Source of the DNA: a virus
Taxonomy: Duplodnaviria; Caudoviricetes
Length of the DNA: 30,694 bases
Virus record (IMG/VR): IMGVR_UViG_3300012953_000130
Coordinates: 1-30,694 of that record
Direction: 5' to 3' (one strand)
Both the position numbers and the translations under genes were made by a program. Positions within the stretch are counted from its first letter, which is position 1. Every line of letters begins with the position of its first letter. A model generated the notes under the pieces. That model saw only the letters and a list, made by a program, of their open reading frames with translations. It was not told the origin of the DNA and made no database searches. Below, one piece after another: positions 1-8,197 of this stretch.

Positions 1-2
1 AT

Positions 3-392
3 CCTCTAGCCGCCTTCCCACATACTCCTGGAGTTGTTGTTTGGGGCCAGAAGACATTGCAGAGAGCACAATCTGCACTTGATAGAGTTAATGTTAGACG
101 ACTTCTTATTGAAATTCGTCGCGAGGTACGTAACGTTGGTAATAGCTTGTTGTTCGAGCCAAACCGAGAGGAAACTCTTGGAAGGTTCTCTGCAGCCGTT
201 AATCCGATACTGCAAAGAATCCAGCAACAGCAAGGTCTAGATAAGTTTAAAGTTGTAATTGATACGACCACTACTACACAGGCTGATATTGAAAATAATA
301 CAGTTAGAGGTAAAATCTTCTTACAACCAACAAGAACAGTAGAGTTCATCTCACTCGACTTTGTTGTTACAAACGCTGGTATGGAAGTATAA
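3..392 (+). CDS. Phage tail sheath protein, C-terminal part (5'-truncated by window edge)
   Basis: Frame is open from position 3 and reads PLAAFPHTPGVVVWGQKTLQRAQSALDRVNVRRLL...LFEPN...IFLQPTRTVEFISLDF. These are the typical C-terminal motifs of contractile tail sheath (T4 gp18-like) proteins. A tube gene follows. Confidence 0.95.
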   Translation, partial: PLAAFPHTPGVVVWGQKTLQRAQSALDRVNVRRLLIEIRREVRNVGNSLLFEPNREETLGRFSAAVNPILQRIQQQQGLDKFKVVIDTTTTTQADIENNTVRGKIFLQPTRTVEFISLDFVVTNAGMEV

Positions 393-447
393 TTTCTGCA
401 GTAGCAGAATATTTAGAATAGAATCTTTTTGATAGGAGTTAAAAGAC

Positions 448-936
448 ATGGCTGAGACACTTTCCGTCACTGATATGCTACCCAATAAGTTTGAGCCTAA
501 GCGTAAGTTTAGGTGGGTTTTTGCGGTTGAGGGTATTGATGCATTTTTAATGAAGACTGCAAATCGCCCTACAATCAACACTGCTGAGCAGGAGGTCTCA
601 TATATGAACTCCACTCGGTACTTAGCAGGTAAAACTAAGTTTGATGCAATTAGTTGCACCTTACACGATCCAATCGCACCTTCTGGTGCACAACAGGTTA
701 TGGAATGGGTCCGAACCCACTTTGAATCTGTTTCCGGTCGCGCAGGTTATGCTGATTTCTACAAGCGTGATTGCCAACTTAAACTTTTGGACCCTGTCGG
801 AACGGTTGTTGAGCTCTGGGACCTTAAAGGATGTTTCTTAACATCTGCATCATTCGGTGATTTAGATTACGCGGGTGAAGATCCAACAGAGATTTCATTA
901 ACAATTCGTTTTGACAACTGCGTACTTCAGTACTAA
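448..936 (+). CDS. Phage tail tube protein (T4 gp19-like)
   Basis: 162 aa. Motifs FEPKRKFRW, YLAGKTKF, LHDPIAPSGAQQVMEW, GYADFYKRD, LDPVGTVVELWDLKGCF. Directly after the sheath gene, with strong RBS AGGAG. Confidence 0.93.
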   Translation: MAETLSVTDMLPNKFEPKRKFRWVFAVEGIDAFLMKTANRPTINTAEQEVSYMNSTRYLAGKTKFDAISCTLHDPIAPSGAQQVMEWVRTHFESVSGRAGYADFYKRDCQLKLLDPVGTVVELWDLKGCFLTSASFGDLDYAGEDPTEISLTIRFDNCVLQY

Positions 937-965
937 TACGGTTTTCAAAATTTCAAAAATCTTTC

Positions 966-1008
966 AAAAGCCTACCGGTGTTATGCCGATAGGCTTTTGT
1001 TGTCTTTT
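966..1008 (+). terminator. Intrinsic terminator after the tail tube gene
   Basis: Hairpin AAAAGCCTAcCGG-tgttatg-CCGaTAGGCTTTT followed by T-rich GTTGTCTTTT. Confidence 0.8.
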
Positions 1009-1031
1009 AACAAAAACTAACTACAATTTAT

Positions 1032-1062
1032 TTTACATGCGTTTTTGCCTGATGGATACTTA
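1032..1062 (+). promoter_or_regulatory. Candidate promoter for the gp26-like gene (TTTACA-N17-GATACT overlapping ATACTTA motif)
   Basis: Sigma70-like spacing just downstream of a terminator. Also contains the recurring ATAHTTA motif at 1056-1062. Confidence 0.45.
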
Positions 1063-1118
1063 ACCATACTGACAAATATTAGTAGCTTTGTGCTATATAT
1101 CTAATGGAGAAAAACATC

Positions 1119-1985
1119 GTGGCTGAAGATAAGACGACAAGATCAGAAAAGAATGAGATCTTTAAAGGTGATGGACCAGGTCATCATCCAGGTATGCCTA
1201 CCCGCAACGTCATGAAAGATGACTTTGGATTTGAGATTCCGGTTGAGACCGTTCCACTTCCATCAAAAGGGGTAACATATTCTGAGGATAACCCACTAGC
1301 AGGTATGGAAACCGTTGAAATTAGGGCAATGACAGCAAGAGAAGAAGATATTCTTACCTCAAAAGCCCTTATTAAAAAAGGTACTGTTATTACTCATCTT
1401 TTAAAGTCATGTTTAATTAATAAGTCAATTGATCCTAGTACCATGTTGGCCGGTGATAGAAACGCAGTTATGACTGCTTTAAGAATTACTGGTTATGGCT
1501 CGGATTATAACGTAGAGGTTGATTGCCCTAGTTGCGGCGAAAGGTCAAAACAATCATTTAGTCTAGCAGAACTACCCCTTAAGCGGTTAGAGATTTCTCC
1601 AGTAGCTGCAGGCGCAAATATGTTTGAATTTCAACTACCTGTTTCAAAGAAGAATGTCAGATTTAAGTTCCTAACAGGTCACGATGAGCAAGAAATTATG
1701 GTCACGATGGAGCGCAAAAAGAAAACAGGTCTACAGGGAGAAAACCTTGTAACGACAAGATTGCAGCATGCAATTGTTGCCGTTGAAGGAATTACTGATA
1801 GGACCAAGATTGGTATGTTTATTAGAAATATGCCTGCTCGTGATTCGTTAGAGCTAAGAAAGCATATTGATAAAGCAGAACCTGGTGTTGAAATGAAGTC
1901 GTGGATGGAATGCCCACATTGTCTCGAATCATCGGAGGTGCGCCTTCCCATGGGCGCTTCGTTTTTTTGGCCTGACTCCGAATGA
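1119..1985 (+). CDS. Baseplate hub assembly / tail assembly chaperone protein (T4 gp26-like)
   Basis: Motifs VPLPSKG, IRAMTAREEDILTS, GDRNAVMTALRITGYG, two CxxC pairs and C-terminal FFWP. Lies between tube and tape measure. GTG at 1119 has GGAG 9 nt upstream; the ORF-track start at 1104 is the alternative. Confidence 0.8.
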   Translation: MAEDKTTRSEKNEIFKGDGPGHHPGMPTRNVMKDDFGFEIPVETVPLPSKGVTYSEDNPLAGMETVEIRAMTAREEDILTSKALIKKGTVITHLLKSCLINKSIDPSTMLAGDRNAVMTALRITGYGSDYNVEVDCPSCGERSKQSFSLAELPLKRLEISPVAAGANMFEFQLPVSKKNVRFKFLTGHDEQEIMVTMERKKKTGLQGENLVTTRLQHAIVAVEGITDRTKIGMFIRNMPARDSLELRKHIDKAEPGVEMKSWMECPHCLESSEVRLPMGASFFWPDSE

Positions 1986-2241
1986 TAAAGAGGTTTATCT
2001 AGAACATATATTTTCTTTGATGTACTACCAGGGGTTTACGTATGCTGAGGCCTACAATATCCCTGTGTGGCAAAGGATATGGTTCATGAAACGAATCAAT
2101 ACTGAGATTAAACGCGCTAATGAAGCTAACGGTGGTAATGGCGCTGCCACTAGAGCAGCCCATCATAATACTCCTGATTCTAGGGAGCTTATGGGCCGCC
2201 ATAGAAACATGGTTCCTGCTAACCTCAGACGCTTTACTTAG
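1969..2241 (+). CDS. gp51-like baseplate hub assembly catalyst / chaperone extension, probably reached by +1 frameshift from the upstream gene
   Basis: The +1 frame reads (FF)GLTPNDKEVYLEHIFSLMYYQGFTYAEAYNIPVWQRIWFMKRI, resembling small gp51-type proteins. No RBS precedes TTG 2017 or ATG 2020, and the conserved-looking sequence starts upstream of them. Confidence 0.7.
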   Translation, partial: GLTPNDKEVYLEHIFSLMYYQGFTYAEAYNIPVWQRIWFMKRINTEIKRANEANGGNGAATRAAHHNTPDSRELMGRHRNMVPANLRRFT

Positions 2242-2270
2242 AGCGTAATAATTAATAACAGGAGGCAATC

Positions 2271-2534
2271 ATGAAAAAAGAAAAAATTGAAGAACTAAGA
2301 TCATTTCATGCCGCTGCTGCTTCTTATATTATAGGAAATAGCACAGGGATAAAACTGCAAGGAAGCAAACAAAGAATTGTTGCAACCAAGAATATTCTTG
2401 AAGCTTCAAAAAGTTTATATGCTGAATTAAATTCCCCTGACGCTAGTCTAGAAAGGGTATCTTCCTTGCTGGAGAAAAAAAGAAAAGCCTCCAAACAGTT
2501 TCAGCAGATTACAGGCATTAACTGGTTACTATAA
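2271..2534 (+). CDS. Hypothetical protein (87 aa, helical) in tail module
   Basis: Strong RBS AGGAGG and ATG start; fills the gap before the tape measure gene. No recognisable motif. Confidence 0.75.
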   Translation: MKKEKIEELRSFHAAAASYIIGNSTGIKLQGSKQRIVATKNILEASKSLYAELNSPDASLERVSSLLEKKRKASKQFQQITGINWLL

Positions 2535-2541
2535 TTGTATT

Positions 2542-2571
2542 GGAAAAATAGGTTAACAGCCTATTTATTCC
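2542..2571 (+). promoter_or_regulatory. Intergenic hairpin upstream of tape measure gene
   Basis: GGAA-AAATAGGTT-aac-AGCCTATTT-a-TTCC inverted repeat. Function unknown (weak terminator or mRNA-end structure). Confidence 0.4.
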
Positions 2572-2599
2572 TATCAAGTGCAATGGGAGTTGATCATTA

Positions 2600-5500
2600 A
2601 TGGCTGACAACGAACAAAAGGCAGCAAGCCAACTAGACATTGAGTCACAAATCAATAAAGTTTTGCAGGCGCGTACCGCAATCTTGCAAAACCAGTCTAA
2701 GTTCTTGTCAAATCAAACCCAAATGGCGATGGAGATGTGTAATGCCTTAGACTGTGAAGGTCTAGATGGCATGAAGGATCGCCTAGATGAATTACAAAAT
2801 GGTCTTAGCGAAGCTGCCGAAGAGGCCAAACGTTTAGAAGGCAGTGCCCAATCTGCCGGTAACGCAGTAAACTCAATGGCTAAAAAGTCCGCCAAGGATG
2901 GCGGCATGATGAAAAAAGCATTCTCTCCAATGGGAGGAATGTTTGCTGGTCTTGGCGTAGGTATTATGTCTGCGTTTAAAGGCGCCACCAATATGGTTGG
3001 TGGTTTTCTAGCCTCAGCTAGTAGAATTACTGGAATCATAGGTAACGTTGGTAAGTCTTTAATTGCCCTTCCTTTTAACTTATTAAATAACCTTACGTCT
3101 TTAGCTGCAGGTGCAGGTGGTGGTGTGTCCGCGTTACGGCAGGCCATGGAAGACGTACGTGAAGAGTTTGGTAGCTTAGCCAAGAATGAAGGTAAACAGG
3201 TCATGGACGGATTCGGGGCGATGAAGTCCCAATTCAAAGATATGGCCGGCGCCGGAATTAGTATCAGAAAACATTTCGGTCCAGGCTCAGAAGGCGCCGC
3301 AGCTGCCCTTAAGGCAGTTGGCGAACAAATGACAGATCTTGGTGAGTCAATGGGCGTCTTTGGTGATGAGGTCGCTAAAAATGCCGGCAAGCTGCATGTA
3401 TACCGCAAAGGGCTAGGACTAACAGGCGACGCATTTAAATCGATGGCAACCGTTGCCCAAACAAATGGTAAATCACTCACAGATACTGTTCATGAGTTTG
3501 GTAGCATGGCCATTAACATGGGTAAGCAATACGATATTGGTCCAAAGCAGTTATCTAAGGCCATGGCATCAATGGCTGGTGATGTTGCAAACTTTGGAAC
3601 CTTAAGCACTAAGCAACTTGCTTCTTTAGCTGTGTATACAAACAAGTTAGGAATTGAAGCAAAAGAATTAAGTGGGGTTATTGATAAGTTTGATAACTTT
3701 GAGGATGCAGCAAAGAGTGCTTCACAATTATCACAAGCATTTGGTATGAATATCGATGCAATGCAAATGATGAAAGAGCAAGATCCAGGTAAACGAATGG
3801 ATATGCTACGTGAATCATTCCAGGCAACCGGTAAGTCAGTTGAAGATCTAAGCCGTCAAGAGCTTAAGTTGTTAGCTGCACAAATGGGATTATCTGAAGA
3901 GGCTGCTAAAAAGGCCTTATCTTCTGATATGGATTATGATGATATTGTTGCCGGTTCTGAAGATGCAGAAGCAAAGACATTATCTCAAGCCGAAGCTATG
4001 AAAGAACTAGCTGATTCTCTTAAACAAGTATTCGGCGGAGGTGGCGGTGGGCCTAAGACGTTTACAGAGGCTTTAGTATCCGGATTTAAAAAAGGCATTA
4101 TGCGCGGAAAAGGAATGCGCAAGATGTTCAGCAATATCCGTAAGTCAATGAGACAAGTCTACTTATTTGGTAAAGATCTTGGAAAAATGTTTATTGAAAT
4201 GTTTCCAGGTATTCAAACCATGGTTAAAGCCTTAACAGACTTATTCAGTCCTTCCAGATTTAAAAAGTTAAGAAAAGACTTATTAGGCGCATTTAGGCAA
4301 TTATTCATTGACCTCAGAACTGACCCAAAAGCCGGTGTAGAAACTTTTTCTACAAAGATAAAGGAAATATTTGGAAAGTTTTTCGATAGCTCCAGTGGGC
4401 CTGGTAAGGCCTTTATGGACGGACTAAAGACATTCGGTAAGACAGTCTTGCTTCTTATTTTAAGCATGGTCCCAATGTTAATGAAAGGTCTGGCTAGTCT
4501 AATTAAAAAGTTAGCTGATTTTATTAGAGACCCCAGCGCTTTAACTGATGGTGCAGCCGGGCTAGCGGATGGCCTCCAGCAAGCTCTTGCCGGTGCGTTT
4601 GAAAACATTAAAGCTGCATGGCCAATTTTAAGAGATGCATTTTACGACTTATGGGATGCGGTAAAGCCAGCCTTAGGAAAACTGTGGCAAAAAATGTGGC
4701 CGTATATTTTAAGTGCAGTAATTCTTAAAACAATTATTACCGTTGCTGCCAACATGACTTTAGGCGCTGTTTTTGGGACGCTATTTAAGGCTGTTGCCAA
4801 ACTTTTTAGCGGAGCCTTTGCAAAAGGATCTGCGGCCGGCACCAAAGGTGCTGCAAAAAATATGAAAAAGAAAGGCAGTGCCATCGGCTCTGTGAAAGGA
4901 CTAATATACCGATTAGCGGATTTTAAGGTTTCCAAAATTGGTAAAGCCATGTTAACCGTAGGTATGTTGATTATCTTTGTTGGTGTATCATTAGTTGGTC
5001 TGGCTTTTGCATTAAAGTTAGCAATTGGCCAAATTAAAGATGTTGATCCTGTACAACTAGCAATTATGGGTGCGATATTAATTGCATTAATGTTTGCAAT
5101 GCTCCCTATGGCGCTAGCGGCGGAAGCCATGGGTAAAGTAAACCTTGGTAAGATCCTTGGTGCGCTCTTAAAGACCGGCCTCATTGTAACCGGAATGGGT
5201 GCCCTTACATATATTATGAGCAAAATTATCAGCGCGATTGAGCCACCTCCGATGGAAGCGATTAAGGGTTTCTTTATTGTGATGGGCTTAATACTAGTCA
5301 TGGGATTAGTTGCCATGGCTTTAGCAATACCGGCAGGAATGTTGGCTGACAAGTTTGGTGTACAAATAGCTATTGGTTTAGCAATCATCGGTGTTGTTAT
5401 GATTGCAATGGGCGTTCTTGGTGTCATAATTGGAAAAATGCTAGGCTCAATCCCAAATCCAGAAGGCGTTGCAGCCTTAATGCAAGGTATATCATCTATT

Positions 5501-7912
5501 ATGAAAACCACTGCGTTAATGCTTCCAATTGCCGGTGCATTAGGCTTAATGGCAATGGCCTTCCCGTTTGGTACAGCCGGTGTTGCAATTATTGTAGCTG
5601 GTTTTGGAATCTTAGGAACCTTAGCAACATCAATGGTTAACAACTTAATTCCTGCAATGGAAAAAATCGCCAAAATTAAGGTAGGAGATCCTAAGAGCTT
5701 TAAAATGGTAACTGAAGCTTTATTAGCGGTTATTCATGCAATTGAAGGGTTTGTTAACGCCGTAGCCAGGGTTATGGAGGCACTCCGGCCAAGCTTAGCT
5801 GATCTTGTGGCTGGTAAGTCTATGGAAGACAATATCAAGGCTGCAACAGAGTTTGTGGATGCTGTTCTTAAAAATGGTATCATGCCATTGATTAATAAGA
5901 TTATTGAGGTCGCTGAAAGTACGTCAATTAGCGAAAACGGCGTACAGGCAGTTAAAGCTATCGGGGAAATCCTAAAAGCAGTTGGTTCAATACTGCAATC
6001 AATGATGCCTGATCCAGAGGTTATTAAAGCTGTGGCTTCAATGGACAGTTGGTTTGGTAGCGGTCGAGCTGTTGAGATGATGGAAAAAGTAACTAAGTAT
6101 ATGGAACAAGCCCAAAAGGGTGCCATGTGCCTAATAGAAAAAGTTAAAACTTCATTCTTTAGCCCAGAGTTTATTAAGCTATTTGATGATGTTGATCCAA
6201 ATGCTGCTGCTATGATTTCCGCATTCGGCCCAATCATTGAAGGTGTTGCCAAAGCGCTTGACGCCCTCAAGCCTTCAGACGAACAAATGAAAACAGTTCA
6301 AAAGTCTAGAGGTTTCTGGGGAACAAATCAAGGTCCGGAAATGATGAAGTTAATGACTGAGTACATGAAGGCCACTGAAGAGCCAATTAAGGGTCTCATT
6401 AATGCTATCGGTACTAATATGAAAGACATCATTAATTCAATTAAGCCTATAATCAAAGATATAGGCTCAATGAACGTTGATCCAAAGGCGCTTGAAGCAG
6501 TAACAAGGCTAGTTGTAGCAGTTATGGAAGGTATGGGTAATATGATGGCCGGTGTTGGCCCGATTGTCCAGAGTGTTACAAAAATTGCTGATAAGTTCTC
6601 AAATGCTAGTGCAGTAATGGCATATCAACTTAGAAATATCGGTGATATGATTGGTAAGCTAGGCCCTGCATTTACTTCCATGATGCCCTCCATTACAAGC
6701 ATTTTAGAAGAGATGGTAAAGGTTGCACAAGGCATTAAAAACCCTGAAGAGTTTGGGAAGAAAGTAGAGTCGATTGTTAAGATATTTGATATGCTTAATA
6801 TGATCGTTGATATGTTTGCAGGTAAAGATGCCAAGCTAAACGCTTACGGAACTGCCACTGAAAGTTTTGATGATACTTCTATTGGAGCGCTTAAGCATAA
6901 CCTAACCCAGTTTAACAAAGCAATCCTTAAAGATACCGGCCCGCTACAGACGTTTATTAATAAAATGCTAGGCTTAAACATACCAAAAGGTGGTGAGAAA
7001 AAAGCTGAGGCACTTGGTAATGTCTTTAAAGCTCTCGGTATTGTTTTGGACGGCGTCACAAAGTTTAAAGAGTTTGCTCCAAAAAGATCAACGGCCGCCA
7101 ATAATGATAGCGGTGCCATGAAAGAAATTAATCAAGCTATTCACTATATGCAAAAGATTGATTTTGATGGTATAAAGACAGTCATGGAAAAGGTTGGCTC
7201 CGGAAACTGGGACTTTAACAAAAATAAAATTAAATACCGAGCTGATGGTGCTGAGGAATATCAAAGGTTTATTACAGCAGCCTTATCTGCTGGAAAGATT
7301 GAACCTGGTACGACAAATTTTGGAACACAAGAAACTAAAATAGGCTTTTTAAAATCAGCAGTTGAGACAGCCGGCGGAGGAAACTGGGATTCATCAAATA
7401 AGCTAATTCAATCTAGGACTACAATGGTCCAAAATTTTACTTTATTTGTATCTAGCTTAAAAGACGCGATTAGGGAAATTAACAGAATGCCAATCATGGA
7501 TTTTAGTCTTTGGGAAAAAATTGATATGTCTATGTTCTACGTTAGCTGGGCCGCAGAAAGAGCCGGCTGGTGGTTCACGAGTGATATTACTACTACCATG
7601 AATTCTGCAGTTAACGTTGTACAGTCTATAGCTGATAATTTTAATGAGATTAATGATATTCTAAAAGACTTACCTATGATAGAGATTGATGCATCTTTAA
7701 ATGAGTTTGGTAGAAATATGAGAGTAGCTACTAAGAATATAAAAATTCAAAACAAGCCAGTTAATATCAAGGTTGACCTTAAGGTAACAATGAATGCAAA
7801 TGATATAGCACTTCAATTATCAGACTCTGCAAGGCCAAACGGCAAAAACACTATTTCGCTATCTAGAAAAGGTAGCACCAAGCAAGGCTGGTCTGGTGCG
7901 GCCCCTGAATAA
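2600..7912 (+). CDS. Tail tape measure protein
   Basis: 1770 aa, Ala/Gly/Met/Lys-rich and helical, with a coiled-coil N-terminus, an FDNFEDAAKSASQLSQAFG core and a long hydrophobic central region. Canonical position after tube and chaperone genes. Confidence 0.88.
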   Translation: MADNEQKAASQLDIESQINKVLQARTAILQNQSKFLSNQTQMAMEMCNALDCEGLDGMKDRLDELQNGLSEAAEEAKRLEGSAQSAGNAVNSMAKKSAKDGGMMKKAFSPMGGMFAGLGVGIMSAFKGATNMVGGFLASASRITGIIGNVGKSLIALPFNLLNNLTSLAAGAGGGVSALRQAMEDVREEFGSLAKNEGKQVMDGFGAMKSQFKDMAGAGISIRKHFGPGSEGAAAALKAVGEQMTDLGESMGVFGDEVAKNAGKLHVYRKGLGLTGDAFKSMATVAQTNGKSLTDTVHEFGSMAINMGKQYDIGPKQLSKAMASMAGDVANFGTLSTKQLASLAVYTNKLGIEAKELSGVIDKFDNFEDAAKSASQLSQAFGMNIDAMQMMKEQDPGKRMDMLRESFQATGKSVEDLSRQELKLLAAQMGLSEEAAKKALSSDMDYDDIVAGSEDAEAKTLSQAEAMKELADSLKQVFGGGGGGPKTFTEALVSGFKKGIMRGKGMRKMFSNIRKSMRQVYLFGKDLGKMFIEMFPGIQTMVKALTDLFSPSRFKKLRKDLLGAFRQLFIDLRTDPKAGVETFSTKIKEIFGKFFDSSSGPGKAFMDGLKTFGKTVLLLILSMVPMLMKGLASLIKKLADFIRDPSALTDGAAGLADGLQQALAGAFENIKAAWPILRDAFYDLWDAVKPALGKLWQKMWPYILSAVILKTIITVAANMTLGAVFGTLFKAVAKLFSGAFAKGSAAGTKGAAKNMKKKGSAIGSVKGLIYRLADFKVSKIGKAMLTVGMLIIFVGVSLVGLAFALKLAIGQIKDVDPVQLAIMGAILIALMFAMLPMALAAEAMGKVNLGKILGALLKTGLIVTGMGALTYIMSKIISAIEPPPMEAIKGFFIVMGLILVMGLVAMALAIPAGMLADKFGVQIAIGLAIIGVVMIAMGVLGVIIGKMLGSIPNPEGVAALMQGISSIMKTTALMLPIAGALGLMAMAFPFGTAGVAIIVAGFGILGTLATSMVNNLIPAMEKIAKIKVGDPKSFKMVTEALLAVIHAIEGFVNAVARVMEALRPSLADLVAGKSMEDNIKAATEFVDAVLKNGIMPLINKIIEVAESTSISENGVQAVKAIGEILKAVGSILQSMMPDPEVIKAVASMDSWFGSGRAVEMMEKVTKYMEQAQKGAMCLIEKVKTSFFSPEFIKLFDDVDPNAAAMISAFGPIIEGVAKALDALKPSDEQMKTVQKSRGFWGTNQGPEMMKLMTEYMKATEEPIKGLINAIGTNMKDIINSIKPIIKDIGSMNVDPKALEAVTRLVVAVMEGMGNMMAGVGPIVQSVTKIADKFSNASAVMAYQLRNIGDMIGKLGPAFTSMMPSITSILEEMVKVAQGIKNPEEFGKKVESIVKIFDMLNMIVDMFAGKDAKLNAYGTATESFDDTSIGALKHNLTQFNKAILKDTGPLQTFINKMLGLNIPKGGEKKAEALGNVFKALGIVLDGVTKFKEFAPKRSTAANNDSGAMKEINQAIHYMQKIDFDGIKTVMEKVGSGNWDFNKNKIKYRADGAEEYQRFITAALSAGKIEPGTTNFGTQETKIGFLKSAVETAGGGNWDSSNKLIQSRTTMVQNFTLFVSSLKDAIREINRMPIMDFSLWEKIDMSMFYVSWAAERAGWWFTSDITTTMNSAVNVVQSIADNFNEINDILKDLPMIEIDASLNEFGRNMRVATKNIKIQNKPVNIKVDLKVTMNANDIALQLSDSARPNGKNTISLSRKGSTKQGWSGAAPE

Positions 7913-7927
7913 AGGAAAAATTAATAA

Positions 7928-8194
7928 ATGAAAAAGCACGATAAAAAAAGAGCAATGGATAATTATCAAAAGGTCATGACTACGATGACGGAACAAAGTA
8001 TTGTTGAAGGATTATTTGAAAGTCTAGAAAAAATGACAGGAATGAAAGCAACAGAGCAGCAAAGGGAATATGTAAATAACTTGGTCCGCCAACATGCAAT
8101 GAAGTGGACCGGAGTTATGACAAAAGTAGAAGAAGCCACTGAAGATCCAGAAATTGTAGCAAAATGTAAACAAAAGATGAACGGAAAAGATTAA
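7928..8194 (+). CDS. Hypothetical protein (88 aa)
   Basis: RBS AAGGA; tightly packed between tape measure and the next gene. Confidence 0.7.
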   Translation: MKKHDKKRAMDNYQKVMTTMTEQSIVEGLFESLEKMTGMKATEQQREYVNNLVRQHAMKWTGVMTKVEEATEDPEIVAKCKQKMNGKD

Positions 8195-8197
8195 GAA

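Noticed and set aside
433-444. Identical 12-mer TAGGAGTTAAAA before the tube gene and the SSB gene (18770-18781)
   Set aside because: Adequately explained as a strong SD plus A-rich spacer for two highly expressed genes.
1934-1940. Internal SD-like GGAGGTG as frameshift stimulator or RBS for the gp51-like ORF
   Set aside because: It lies 21 nt upstream of the T7 run, too far for known SD-stimulated shifting, and no +1-frame start codon lies at a usable distance.
2713-7119. Long minus-strand ORFs (255, 131, 343, 178 aa and others) opposite the tape measure gene
   Set aside because: Antisense shadows of an Ala/Gly/Met/Ile-rich gene; low-complexity Pro/Ile/Ala products with no RBS or motifs.
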